Below, piece by piece: positions 11,068 to 21,400 of a stretch of 64,000 nucleotides of DNA (positions are counted from its first letter, which is position 1; each line of letters starts with the position of its first letter). The notes below the pieces were generated by a model. The model worked only from the letters and a program-made list of their open reading frames with translations, did not search any database and was not told where the DNA came from. The stretch is from the IMG/VR virus record IMGVR_UViG_3300027503_000002; one strand, 5' to 3'. Made by a program: the position numbers and the translations under genes. This DNA comes from a virus.

Positions 11068-12652
11068 CTTAGTTTTAACCATCTCGATTGGCGATTATTA
11101 CAACGAAGTAGCAAAGCTCACGCTACCTTCTATCCAAAAGTATGCGGAGAAAATCGGCGCCGATTTTCTAAACGTCACAGAGTTCAACAAATACTACATT
11201 ACCCAAAAGTGGAATAAGTTCCTGATTGGCGAACTCTTAAATCAGTACAAGCGAATCATTTATCTTGATATTGATATTTTAATCAGAGATGATTGCCCCA
11301 ACTTGTTTGAAGTTGTCCCAGAGACTAAGCTGGGAATGTTCAATGAGGGCCGTTATGCGCCAAGGTTTGAGTATCTGGAACAAGCCTCGGAGTACTACAA
11401 GGAGCCATTGAAGAAGTGGAACGGCAAGTTCTACAATTCGGGCGTAATGGTTATCTCCCGAATCCACAAGCAGATCTTCAGACTTCCGCGAGGCATTGAT
11501 TTCGTAGAAACTGATCAGCCATTCATCAATCTGCGAATTTTAAATGATAAGGTTGATATGTTTGACCTCCACTACGACTTTAATCGTATGGATATCTTGG
11601 ATAAGTTCTGCGGCATCTCGCGCCTAAACTCGTATATCGTTCACTACGCTGGTGCGCCAAAAGATATGCAAATGGGCGTTATCTACAAGGATATCCTTCA
11701 ATGGGAAAAAGACAAGGAGGAGGGCTACAAGTATAAGCGAAACATCCTTATTAGCGTAACAGCAGGAATGGGCGACCAGCTATGTTCAGAGCCTGCTATC
11801 CGCTATACTCAGAAGCTTTATCCTGACGCTAATATCACTGTTGTATCGCACTTCCCTCGTCTCTTTGAGCACCTTAGCTGCCCCGTGGTTAATTATGATC
11901 AATGGAAGGGAATTAATGACGCTATCTTGACAATGCATACTTGCCCTGACGATGAGCAGTCAGAACACAAGATGTCACACGTTCTGTTCCACCCAACAGA
12001 CTTTGCCTCGATGTCAATGATCAAGCGTACTATCCCACACACTGACAAGACGATTCAACTCAAGCTAGATGCAGAGGATGTCAGTTATGTTATCGACTTA
12101 TTTAAAGACAAGAAGCCTGAAAAGCCTACTGTTGTGGTTCACGCTGGTCGCTGGTGGCCCTCAAAGACTTTGCCAGTTGAGTGGTGGCAGTCTATTGTGG
12201 ATAAACTGTCGGAAAAGCTTACAGTTGTGCTGATTGGCAAGAGCATTGACGAGAAACAGGGCTATCTACCAATCAAAGTTCCACAGGACGGCTACGATCT
12301 CCGCGATCTGACCACTCTTGGGCAATTATTTGCCTTAATTTCACTGTCTAGATGCCTTGTAACGAATGATTCATCACCGCTTCATATTGCTGGTGCTTTT
12401 GATAATTGGATTGTGACATTCCCAACCTGTAAGCATGAAGATCACATCCTTCCATATAGAAACGGTACTCAGTCTTACAAAACCAAGGCTCTCCGTAAAG
12501 ATCTGTTGCTCGATGGTCTAGAAATCCGTCACACTGAGTTCAAGCACGATACTATCGATCTTATCCCCAAGGGTAAGACTCTCTGGGATTATCTCCCAGA
12601 TGCCGATACCGTAGTTAAGGAAGTTATGGACATTTACGATAACAAGCGATGA
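11054..12652 (+). CDS. bifunctional glycosyltransferase, GT8-like plus GT9-like
   Basis: N-terminal half YLDIDIL, NSGVMV, DQP, HYAG; C-terminal half GMGDQL, VTNDSSPLHIAGAF; ATG at 11054. Confidence 0.8.
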   Translation: MKKDNLVLTISIGDYYNEVAKLTLPSIQKYAEKIGADFLNVTEFNKYYITQKWNKFLIGELLNQYKRIIYLDIDILIRDDCPNLFEVVPETKLGMFNEGRYAPRFEYLEQASEYYKEPLKKWNGKFYNSGVMVISRIHKQIFRLPRGIDFVETDQPFINLRILNDKVDMFDLHYDFNRMDILDKFCGISRLNSYIVHYAGAPKDMQMGVIYKDILQWEKDKEEGYKYKRNILISVTAGMGDQLCSEPAIRYTQKLYPDANITVVSHFPRLFEHLSCPVVNYDQWKGINDAILTMHTCPDDEQSEHKMSHVLFHPTDFASMSMIKRTIPHTDKTIQLKLDAEDVSYVIDLFKDKKPEKPTVVVHAGRWWPSKTLPVEWWQSIVDKLSEKLTVVLIGKSIDEKQGYLPIKVPQDGYDLRDLTTLGQLFALISLSRCLVTNDSSPLHIAGAFDNWIVTFPTCKHEDHILPYRNGTQSYKTKALRKDLLLDGLEIRHTEFKHDTIDLIPKGKTLWDYLPDADTVVKEVMDIYDNKR

Positions 12653-13188
12653 ATAAATTTAGTTCCTTCCGCCCGCTCATGCACGAACATGAGTACAAGT
12701 TTATTGAAAAGTATCTAAATAAAAATGACACGTTGCTTGAGTTTGGTAGTGGCAATAGCACTGTTTATTTTTCTGGATTGGTGAAGAAGGTAATTTCCAT
12801 CGAGCACGACATCGACTGGATTAAAAATATCCAAAAGATCGTTAATGCTTACGATATCCAGAATATCGAACTGATCTATCAAGCCGCTCACTCTCCAGAT
12901 CCAAAGCCTTGCAGATACGAACAGTTCAAGGACTACATTCATTTGCCTGCAACCAAGAAGCTAAAGTTCACCAAGGCGCTGATTGATGGTCGCGCGCGTA
13001 AGTATTGCGCCAAGTATCTTTGGGATATTATTGATCAGGATGTGCTGGTATTCATCCATGACTTCAATCGCTCTGATTATCAGATGGCTCTGAAGTATTA
13101 CGATCTGGTTGAGATGCTGACAGAAGGTCAAGGAATTGCGGCTTTAAGAAAAAAGCCAGAAGTGGTAAAAGAAGACTTTTACTACTAA
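12649..13188 (+). CDS. class I SAM-dependent methyltransferase
   Basis: LLEFGSGNST, ISIEHD, LIDGRAR. Confidence 0.8.
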   Translation: MNKFSSFRPLMHEHEYKFIEKYLNKNDTLLEFGSGNSTVYFSGLVKKVISIEHDIDWIKNIQKIVNAYDIQNIELIYQAAHSPDPKPCRYEQFKDYIHLPATKKLKFTKALIDGRARKYCAKYLWDIIDQDVLVFIHDFNRSDYQMALKYYDLVEMLTEGQGIAALRKKPEVVKEDFYY

Positions 13189-13190
13189 TA

Positions 13191-13220
13191 AAAAACCCCC
13201 GAATTTCTTCGGGGGTTTTT
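13191..13220. terminator. bidirectional rho-independent terminator
   Basis: AAAAACCCCCGAA-TTTC-TTCGGGGGTTTTT between convergent genes. Confidence 0.85.
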
Positions 13221-13238
13221 GTTTTAGGTCAGTTCAGG

Positions 13239-14393
13239 TTAGATACTGGGAGTATAAGCAGTGTTCTGTACCCATACGAAGACGCCGTTTGTGGTGTCCT
13301 GTGGGCTACCGATCTGAGTAGTGAAGCTCAGGTCAACGCTCTTATTGTCGCCAATTGCGCTTGAGAAGTTCTCGCTTACCAGCTTGGCGCCTCTGATCTC
13401 ATAGATAACGCGATCATTAGCACCGGGCAGCTTGAACGCGAAGGCAAGGTTCTTTGTGGTATCGGCGTTAAGCAGGGTCTCGATTGCACCGCTGGACTTG
13501 AGGTCAGCAACAATTGCGCTCATATTGACAGTTACCTCTACAGGGAAGTCAATAACCTTGGTGAAGCCGAAGCGGCTACCAAGACGCTCAAGGGTGGTAC
13601 GACCAATTGGAATCTCAATTGAGAGGTTCTGGATGTGAGCAGCAGTATTGTTGAATGGAGAACCTTCAACACCAGTGGGCAGTTCAGCGACTACGCCATC
13701 AGGCAGGATTACTGTGATGTCGCCGGGGCGAAGCGCGGAAACGCCTACGCTGCCAGTAACTGGGGCAGGAAGTTGGAAAAGGCTTGCAGATCCAGTTCCA
13801 GCCTCAACGAAGATACCGGGGACAACGCCAGAAGAGCCGCTGATAACGTTAACGTTAAGACCTTCACAGGTTACCGAAACAGTGGGAAGACCACCTACTG
13901 CGGCTTCTACAGTGTAGTTTGTGATATAAGCGTTGCCGATACCGATTGTTCTGGCAACTCCAGAATTTTGATAAATTCCGGTAGCGGAACCGTTGGCGTC
14001 GTTACCCTCTGCTACGGTGAGGATATGGAAGTTACGGCCAGATACGATACCAATGTTATTGGTTGCGTTGCTGGAATCGACGAGTCCACTGATGAATGAT
14101 CCAGCAGCAGAGCTTGTTCCTACGTTAAATCCAAGGGCAGTTTCGTTATTACCAGTAGTAAGGTAGTAAGAGAAGTCAAGGTTTACAGTAGGAGCCTCGA
14201 TTGAGATTTGGTCAATACGAGCAAGGTTACCAAATTGGTTAACGTCTTGGCGATTGATAGTAAAGCCATAGTTGGCTGACTGAACGCGGTGAAGCTGTCT
14301 AATGATGCTGGATGCGTGGGTGGCTGTCGGAACAGCTGTACCGTCTGCGACATAAAGAGCTTCTGATTGATAAATTACTCTGTTGCGTGCCAT
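13239..14393 (-). CDS. putative major tail tube protein
   Basis: Beta-rich 384-aa protein downstream of neck-like genes, with its own promoter motif and terminator; paralogous to 27479 and 29211. Confidence 0.55.
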   Translation of the reverse strand: MARNRVIYQSEALYVADGTAVPTATHASSIIRQLHRVQSANYGFTINRQDVNQFGNLARIDQISIEAPTVNLDFSYYLTTGNNETALGFNVGTSSAAGSFISGLVDSSNATNNIGIVSGRNFHILTVAEGNDANGSATGIYQNSGVARTIGIGNAYITNYTVEAAVGGLPTVSVTCEGLNVNVISGSSGVVPGIFVEAGTGSASLFQLPAPVTGSVGVSALRPGDITVILPDGVVAELPTGVEGSPFNNTAAHIQNLSIEIPIGRTTLERLGSRFGFTKVIDFPVEVTVNMSAIVADLKSSGAIETLLNADTTKNLAFAFKLPGANDRVIYEIRGAKLVSENFSSAIGDNKSVDLSFTTQIGSPQDTTNGVFVWVQNTAYTPSI

Positions 14394-14422
14394 AAGTTGT
14401 TAGTTAAGAAGGTTTGAAATAC

Positions 14423-14429
14423 TTTACAT
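14423..14429 (-). promoter_or_regulatory. putative late promoter element ATGTAAA
   Basis: RTGTAAA motif upstream of ATG 14393. Confidence 0.4.
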
Positions 14430-14452
14430 TTTTTTATCTAAAAATGGAATAA

Positions 14453-15289
14453 TTAAGCTCTTGGATGGCGGTACTTGACGACTTCAAAATCAATAAAGCC
14501 GATATAAGGCTTAGCGTTGCCTCCTCTAGCGCGAGAGTCTTTGAGCTTAGAGCAAACTACTTCATCAATAAAAAAGTCATTCTGATTTATAACAGAAGAA
14601 TCATAAGAGTATGTTCCGTTTTTGACATCTCCATATTCTGTGAGCGGGTATCCAGTAAAGTCCTTGTATTTAAAGCTACTAGATTTAGCGTCGGCAAAAA
14701 TAGACAGAACGCCGTCAAGTTGATAGGGGTTATCGGTAAAAACGACGCACTTCACAAATGAGCGGCTTTCATCTTCTCCACCAAACGAAAACGGAGAATT
14801 ATAAGTAGAGTCATTTGCAATAAAGATAGCTGGAGCAACTTGATCATATGGCGGTATATATTTGCCAGTCCAAGGAAATTTTTTATTCGCGTCGAGGTTG
14901 TTATCTAGAATCAGGTCGTCCTCGTTTTCGTTAGTAAGATAGATATTGAAATCCTTAACCGCAAAAGATCCTGTGACCGCAACTCCTGTAGAAACGCCGC
15001 TAATTAGCGCTCTACCATTGATATAGTCTATAATAACCCCATCGTTGCGACCCTTAAAAACTCCCGAAACATGAACGCCGCTAGGAATACTTGCTCCAGT
15101 AATTGTGGAGTCGTATACAAACTGTTTGTAAGGAGTACCGAAAGCTTTGTAAGTGGTTGATATTCTTGGGTCTGCATAATAAGTGAAAGTGCCAGTCTGA
15201 TTGCTATAAGCCTCACCCTTCTCTAAAAGATAGTGATCAAGCCATAGAGCAAAAGATGTCGTTACGTTATGTTGATATTGCGGTTTCAT
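14453..15289 (-). CDS. virion structural protein (tail terminator/neck-like)
   Basis: Position between neck genes and the tube gene; function inferred from synteny only. Confidence 0.45.
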   Translation of the reverse strand: MKPQYQHNVTTSFALWLDHYLLEKGEAYSNQTGTFTYYADPRISTTYKAFGTPYKQFVYDSTITGASIPSGVHVSGVFKGRNDGVIIDYINGRALISGVSTGVAVTGSFAVKDFNIYLTNENEDDLILDNNLDANKKFPWTGKYIPPYDQVAPAIFIANDSTYNSPFSFGGEDESRSFVKCVVFTDNPYQLDGVLSIFADAKSSSFKYKDFTGYPLTEYGDVKNGTYSYDSSVINQNDFFIDEVVCSKLKDSRARGGNAKPYIGFIDFEVVKYRHPRA

Positions 15290-15875
15290 CTAATAGGTTT
15301 ATCTTTTTTTCGAAGTTAGCCAATATAGCGCTAATGTATTTTACATTTTTAAATCTAGTTTTTCTTCTAATATTTTTACTTGTTTGGATAGCGGTGTCAG
15401 ATCTGGATGTCGGAAGATCTTCTCGCAGGGTGTAAAAGTACTGGCCAATACCGGAAATTCCTGTTTCGATGCCTTTCGCCCAACTGCGCCCCGGAGCCCA
15501 AGGCATTGGCGAGACATCCCATATGTCTTCTTTTGCTGGAATAAATACGTTCCAAATTACCCCGCCATCAATCAATCTAGAAAAGGTAATGGTGCTTTTC
15601 TGAAACGCCTCTGTTATTGGCGATATCGGATCGTCTCCGTTATAAAAACCAATATAAGAAAAAAGATTACCATAGCCATCGAGAGTTCCGCTAATGTTTT
15701 GAGCCGTTGGACCAGCTTCGATTTCTTTTGTAACAGGGTGTCTAAGAAATTCATTGATCGTTTCTCTTTTTATCCTTTCGAAAGCTAAGAAAACACGCCT
15801 TTCTACGCTATTTTTTAATATTGGCGCGACATCTTTATTGATTTTTTTTGCAACATTTGCTGGGATCTTCGCCAT
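15267..15875 (-). CDS. putative neck/tail completion protein
   Basis: Basic 202-aa ORF in the neck block; synteny. Confidence 0.4.
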   Translation of the reverse strand: MAKIPANVAKKINKDVAPILKNSVERRVFLAFERIKRETINEFLRHPVTKEIEAGPTAQNISGTLDGYGNLFSYIGFYNGDDPISPITEAFQKSTITFSRLIDGGVIWNVFIPAKEDIWDVSPMPWAPGRSWAKGIETGISGIGQYFYTLREDLPTSRSDTAIQTSKNIRRKTRFKNVKYISAILANFEKKINLLDETAIST

Positions 15876-15877
15876 AA

Positions 15878-16327
15878 TTACTCGTTAATTGGGGATAGGA
15901 TGAATGAATAATATCTTGGCCCAAACATTCCATAAGGCTTTGAATCAGAAGAGATTGCATATCTACGACCATCAAATTCGACACGACGAGCTTCTTTTAG
16001 AACAGTGTAGGCAGAAGCTGGCACTTTGATTTTAACGCTGCCAGCAGGATAGTCTATTTTTTGCTGAGTATCGGCTCCGGGTACTGGGGCTTTGGCCTGA
16101 TCTAAGTACTTAATCTTAGCCTGAAATGTATTGGAAACAGTTGTGAACTCCTTGTTTTCTACAGCTGGAACGTCTCTATCGTAAAAATAATTATAACTAG
16201 CTGAAGTGGAGATCACAGTCTCTCTGGGGTTAGAGTATACGGTTATCTGCCTAGAGAAGGTATCAAACACATCATCAATCACTTCATTGATAAAGTTTTT
16301 CTGCGCGTCTGAGAGGTAAGATGCCAT
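15878..16327 (-). CDS. putative head closure/head-tail joining protein
   Basis: 149-aa beta-rich ORF (VEFDGRRYAI); synteny. Confidence 0.45.
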   Translation of the reverse strand: MASYLSDAQKNFINEVIDDVFDTFSRQITVYSNPRETVISTSASYNYFYDRDVPAVENKEFTTVSNTFQAKIKYLDQAKAPVPGADTQQKIDYPAGSVKIKVPASAYTVLKEARRVEFDGRRYAISSDSKPYGMFGPRYYSFILSPINE

Positions 16328-16379
16328 ATTTTACTTTACACTTTTTATATCAGATGTAATATATAGTAAGGTAAAAGGT
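16328..16379. promoter_or_regulatory. back-to-back divergent promoter region
   Basis: GTGTAAA on minus (16335-16341) and ATGTAAT on plus (16354-16360) in a 52-bp gap. Confidence 0.5.
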
Positions 16380-16676
16380 ATGACGGGCAAGGACTATTTA
16401 AATGACAGGGTAAAGGTTAATACTTCTGATCTTTTCAAGCGTATGCTTGGAATCCTAGAAGATATTAAGCACGAACACGACCGTCAATTTGCAATATTGT
16501 ATTCTTCGGCTCCCGATTCCTTCAAGCCTGTAGTCAAACAAGCCAATTATCTTGATGAAAATCAAATGGCTTGGTTAAGAAAAAAAGTTCTCGATATGGG
16601 CAATGAATCCATTCGAAAAATGACTACCGAAATGGATTTGATCCATATTGAATTTCATCACACATTTAAACAATGA
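16380..16676 (+). CDS. hypothetical protein
   Basis: 98-aa ORF with ATGA overlap to the next gene. Confidence 0.7.
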   Translation: MTGKDYLNDRVKVNTSDLFKRMLGILEDIKHEHDRQFAILYSSAPDSFKPVVKQANYLDENQMAWLRKKVLDMGNESIRKMTTEMDLIHIEFHHTFKQ

Positions 16677-17404
16677 AAGAACTATTCGACTTCACAGTCA
16701 AAATTAATAAGGAAGTAGAAAAAACCGAGACCCGTGAGGAAGATGGCAAGACTATCACGGTCACCAGTAAAGTAAAGGAAGACGTTCCTGTGCGGATAAT
16801 CTTCAAACAACCATCGCGCCGTGATACTGAAGACGCGGAGATTCAATTTAGCGTGGAGATGTCAAACTGCATTAAGAAGGGCATTTTGACAAAAGGAATG
16901 TTAGTTAAGAAGTACTCTGATACCGGAGGCATCTTCTCCGAAGATGATGACAAGCGTCTGACAGCAATGTACATTGATATGGCAAAAATGCAGAGAGAGT
17001 ACGTTGCTCTTGAAAATGGTTCGGCAGAAGAGAAAGAGCGTGCGAATACAATTCTGGAAAAGCTTGCCGCAACAAGAAAGGAGATGGTAGATCTTGAGTC
17101 TACATATCTTAATCTTTTCAACAATACCGCAGATGTAATTGCACAGAACAATCTAATTCGTTGGTTCTGTGTTAACCTTGCTTACAAGCAGGAGCAAAAT
17201 GGCAAGATCGAGCCGCTTTTTAACGGTTCGACTTACGAGCAAAAGCTTGACAATATGAGAGACCTTGACGAGGCAGAAGACCCTCTTTATCAAGCTACTT
17301 TCAGAAAGTTAGCCACATTTGTTTCTTTCTGGTATTACAGCAAGAATGCGACCAAGGAAGATTTCAAAAAGCTAGAGAAAGATCTTGAAGAAGGAAAGTA
17401 TTAA
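16673..17404 (+). CDS. putative tail assembly chaperone (G-like)
   Basis: Charged protein two genes upstream of the TMP. Confidence 0.5.
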   Translation: MKELFDFTVKINKEVEKTETREEDGKTITVTSKVKEDVPVRIIFKQPSRRDTEDAEIQFSVEMSNCIKKGILTKGMLVKKYSDTGGIFSEDDDKRLTAMYIDMAKMQREYVALENGSAEEKERANTILEKLAATRKEMVDLESTYLNLFNNTADVIAQNNLIRWFCVNLAYKQEQNGKIEPLFNGSTYEQKLDNMRDLDEAEDPLYQATFRKLATFVSFWYYSKNATKEDFKKLEKDLEEGKY

Positions 17405-18374
17405 CGAAATTGATTTATTCTTGGCGTTCTGCCAGATAGTAGAGGGTTGCTCTGAGAAGGTTTTCTTGGGCAACCCTGTTTTTATTAAACATATAACTAT
17501 TAAAGAGCGTGAATTCTTTAATAAGAAATATAAAGCTTATCTAGCTCACGCCATATCTAAGGGGCTTCCAAAAGAAGACGACGCCTTAAAAAAGGCAATA
17601 GAGGACGAGTTATGGTCGCAGAAAGAGGACGAAGAGATTAAAGTGTCAGAAAAATATATTGAAACACTTAATATAACCAGAAAAAAAGTATTTAAAAAGC
17701 TTCAGATTGATGAAATTGAAAAAAATATAAGGGAAGAAAAGGAAAAGGTCGCCAAAAAACTTGCAGAAAAAAAGCAAATCTTGGGAAAAACTGCCGAGGA
17801 TTATGCATCTAGTAGAGCTAGTGACTATCTGATATATAGCTGTTTTTATAAGGACAAGGAATTAAATCAACGGTTTTTTTCCGAGCAAGAGTTTGACGAA
17901 ATATCAAACAAAGAACTTGAGGAGTGTATTTTGGTTTACAATAGTTATTTTAACGATATTTCTGATTTAAATATTCAACATATTGCCATTTCTGACTTTT
18001 TCCATCCAAACTATCTTGTTTTAGATCATCCGATGGAGCTTTTTGGAAAGCCGATGACAAAACTTTCCGAAAATCAAATTAGGTTGATAATTTATGCCAA
18101 AATATTTAAAAATATATTTGAGACTGTAGAGCATATTCCAGAGGAGATAAAAAAAGATCCAGAAGCGTTATTGCAATATAAAGACAAGAATCAGGCTCAA
18201 AAAGAGTTCGAAAACAAAACAAAATCGAAGAAAAAAGGCAATGTTGATGGTGCAGAAATGGTATTCGGAGCTACAAAAGAAGAAATAGGAAAAGACACTA
18301 AGACCTTGAAAGATGTTATGAAGGATAAAACATCTCTTTCAATGGAAGACTTGATGAAATTGCACGATAAATAA
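17385..18374 (+). CDS. putative tail assembly chaperone (T-like); TTG start or frameshift product
   Basis: Directly upstream of the TMP, overlaps the previous ORF in the +1 frame, and has no early ATG. Confidence 0.5.
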   Translation: MKKESINEIDLFLAFCQIVEGCSEKVFLGNPVFIKHITIKEREFFNKKYKAYLAHAISKGLPKEDDALKKAIEDELWSQKEDEEIKVSEKYIETLNITRKKVFKKLQIDEIEKNIREEKEKVAKKLAEKKQILGKTAEDYASSRASDYLIYSCFYKDKELNQRFFSEQEFDEISNKELEECILVYNSYFNDISDLNIQHIAISDFFHPNYLVLDHPMELFGKPMTKLSENQIRLIIYAKIFKNIFETVEHIPEEIKKDPEALLQYKDKNQAQKEFENKTKSKKKGNVDGAEMVFGATKEEIGKDTKTLKDVMKDKTSLSMEDLMKLHDK

Positions 18375-18384
18375 TATAAATTCT

Positions 18385-18391
18385 GTGTAAA
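18385..18391 (+). promoter_or_regulatory. putative late promoter element GTGTAAA
   Basis: Motif upstream of TMP ATG 18411. Confidence 0.5.
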
Positions 18392-18410
18392 TAACCTCAA
18401 AGGTTAAAGG

Positions 18411-21400
18411 ATGGCAAAAGGAATCACAGTACCTGTAGTCCAGTCGGGTTTAGAAGCCTCTATCGAGGCGGCGGCCAAAAAAGCTGGACCGCTGACTCTT
18501 TCTGCGTCTGTTGATCCTGGTTCCTTTAAAAGACTAGCCCAGCCTCTTGGTAGAGTAAGCGGTCTGGCAACAGAGTTCGAAAAGTCAATTGCCGCATCAA
18601 ATGCGCGTGTTATCGCATTCGGCGCTTCTGTAGGTATCATCAATGGCGTACAAAATGCTTTTGCTACGCTTGTTAAAACAACAATTGAAGTTGAAAAAAG
18701 CTTGGCTAATATTGCCATTATTAGCGGAAAAACTACTCAGGAACTTGAACCATTTTCCAGAGCGCTTTTTGAGATTGCCAAAACTACCTCGCAATCTTTC
18801 CAGACAGCCTCCGAGGCGGCACTAGAGTTCTCTAGACAGGGCTTGGGTCTTGAAGAAACGCTAAAAAGAACTCAGGACGCCCTTACTCTTACTCGTTTCA
18901 CAACTTTAAGCGCTGCTGAAGCCGTGGATGTACTCACGGCTGCGGCAAACTCTTTCGGAGCAACTGGAATTACAACTAGCGAGATTCTGAATAAGCTGGT
19001 TGCCGTAGATACTAAATTCGCAGTCTCTGCTGAAGACTTGGCTAAAGGCTTGTCCCGTGCTGGCTCGATTGCTCAAGAAGTTGGCGTTAGCTTTGACGAA
19101 TTAAATGCCATCGTCACAATTGCACAAGAAAGAACTGCGCGTGGTGGCGCGGTAATTGGTAACGCATTCAAGACAATTTTCACCAGAATCAGATCAGATG
19201 AAACTATCAAAGCATTGCAAAGCATTGGTATCTATTCATTTGATGCCGAAGGTAGACTGAGGCCGGTTGTAAGTCTTCTTGAGGAATTGGCTGGGAAAAT
19301 TAATACCCTTAGCGAAACCAAGAGAATCGAAGTTCTTGAGGCGATTGCTAGCAAGTACAACATCAACGTTTTGACAGCGCTTGTTGACGACTTGGGCTCA
19401 ACAGCGAGCAAGTTTAGAGAGGCGAGAGATGTTTCTGCGGGCGCGCAAAGCGAGGCATACCAGCGTCAGATTGAACTCAATCAAACTCTAGATGCAGTTA
19501 TCACAAGAGTTACAAATTCAGCCGCTCAGCTTGCTGATACTCTTGGCAGAATTGGCGTTACTGACAGCCTTAAGTCGCTTTTAAACTTTTTTGACAACAT
19601 TCTTACTGGGATTAATGACGTTATCGATTCCGAAGGAATTGGCGGCACTATTGCTAAAGGTTTAATTTCTGGACTTAGTGGAGTATTTTTCAAGATCGGC
19701 ATTCCTCTTCTTCTTGCGATATTCGTTAAGCTGACAAAAGACATTGCCCAATTCGGCACTGAGTCACTAAAAACTATCTTGGGAATCAACAAGGAAGTCA
19801 GGGAGCGCCAAGCTTTGGAACAGGCTGTTGTTAATACGCTGATCAAGGATCAGCAAGTAATGGCGACAATCCTGTCTCTAAGCGGAGATCGCAGAAAGCA
19901 AGAAGAGTATTTACTTTCTGTTTACAATAGGCAGTTAGCGGCGCTTCAGCAAGTACAAAGCATCGCGGCAAATGTTGCCCCTGCACTACAAGCCGCTGGA
20001 CTTAGCGCTACATCTGGAACGATTAAAAAGAGAGCGGCGGGAGGTTATCTGCCAGCAGAAGAGGCGAAAGATGTGCGTCGTGGAGTTGGTGGGGCCAGCC
20101 CTTCTTCTAAAGTCGTAGAGATTCCAAACTTCTCGTTTGGCGGCGGTAAGCGTGGCACGATGGTAGCAAATACCAGCGAATATATTGTGCCTAATTATGC
20201 TGGTGGTAGCGGTACGGCTATCTTTAATCAGGATATGGCGAAGGAGTATGGTCTACCGCCCGGAGCTAAAAAGATTACAGCTTCTGGTGGATTTGTGCCT
20301 GCTAATGGGTTTGTACCAAATTTTGCGGCTAAAAAATTCAATGTTTTTGATCAAGCAAAGGCTAAAGTTAAAAAAGATCAAGAGCCTATAGACTATGTAG
20401 ATCTTGATGGAATACGCAGGTCTGCATATTTAACTTTGGATGCATCAATTGATCCGGTAGGAAGATTTTCTAAATTACAATCTTCAGCGCAGCAGAAATT
20501 AACTGAAAAACTAGGACCAATCGCAGAAAATGCTAAAATTGTTCCTGACCAAGGATCAATTGAATTTGTACAAATTAATAAAAGCTTGCAAAGAGATGAT
20601 TTAGTTCAAAAAATTCGTGAAACTAAAAACAAAATTCAAGCTAATCCAAAAGCTAAAATAGATAAGGATATTGAGGATATTATCCAGTCTATTTTGCCAG
20701 AAACAAAAGGTAGTGTTGACAATAATCTTAAAGCTGCCGTCAAAACAGAACTTCAAGTTCAGGGGCCAGCAGCATTTAGGTCTGGAAATATATTAGAGGA
20801 TATTTTGTTCAAAAAAATTACTGGAACGATAGAGGGAAGAAATAGCAAAACTTGGGATTTGCCAGCAGAACAATCTGGCGCTTTTAAAAGCAGATTTGGG
20901 TTCAAATCTAAATTTGGAGACATAAAATTAGGTTCGTCAACAAGTAGTATTTCGTCATTCATTGGAAAGCATATCATTTCTCCAACGGGTCAAAATGCAT
21001 CGGGGGGCTACATTCCAAATTTTGCGCGCTACGTTTATGACGCTGACAGAGTTGATGCAGATAAAAATAACCTACTAAAGGCTATTTTAGCTTCTCGCGT
21101 CAAGAAGAATTTAATAGTTGGACCAGCGGGATCTGGTAAGTCAACTTACGGGGAGTCTCTTGGTTCATTTATAACCAATATTGCCCAGTTAACAGACGCC
21201 AGTGAGATCGATATTCTTTCAGGCGCGGCAAGAACAAAAGATGGCGGCGTTTCTAAAAACTTCCAGCAAATTTCTGATGCGGTAAATGCATCTGGAGGAA
21301 AGATCTCTTATTTGTACACTGGCAATATGGACATTCTGTCCAGAAGAACTGGAAGAATCGCAGAGGGTCCAAAACAAGGCGATCTCAGAAGCAAGAAGCA

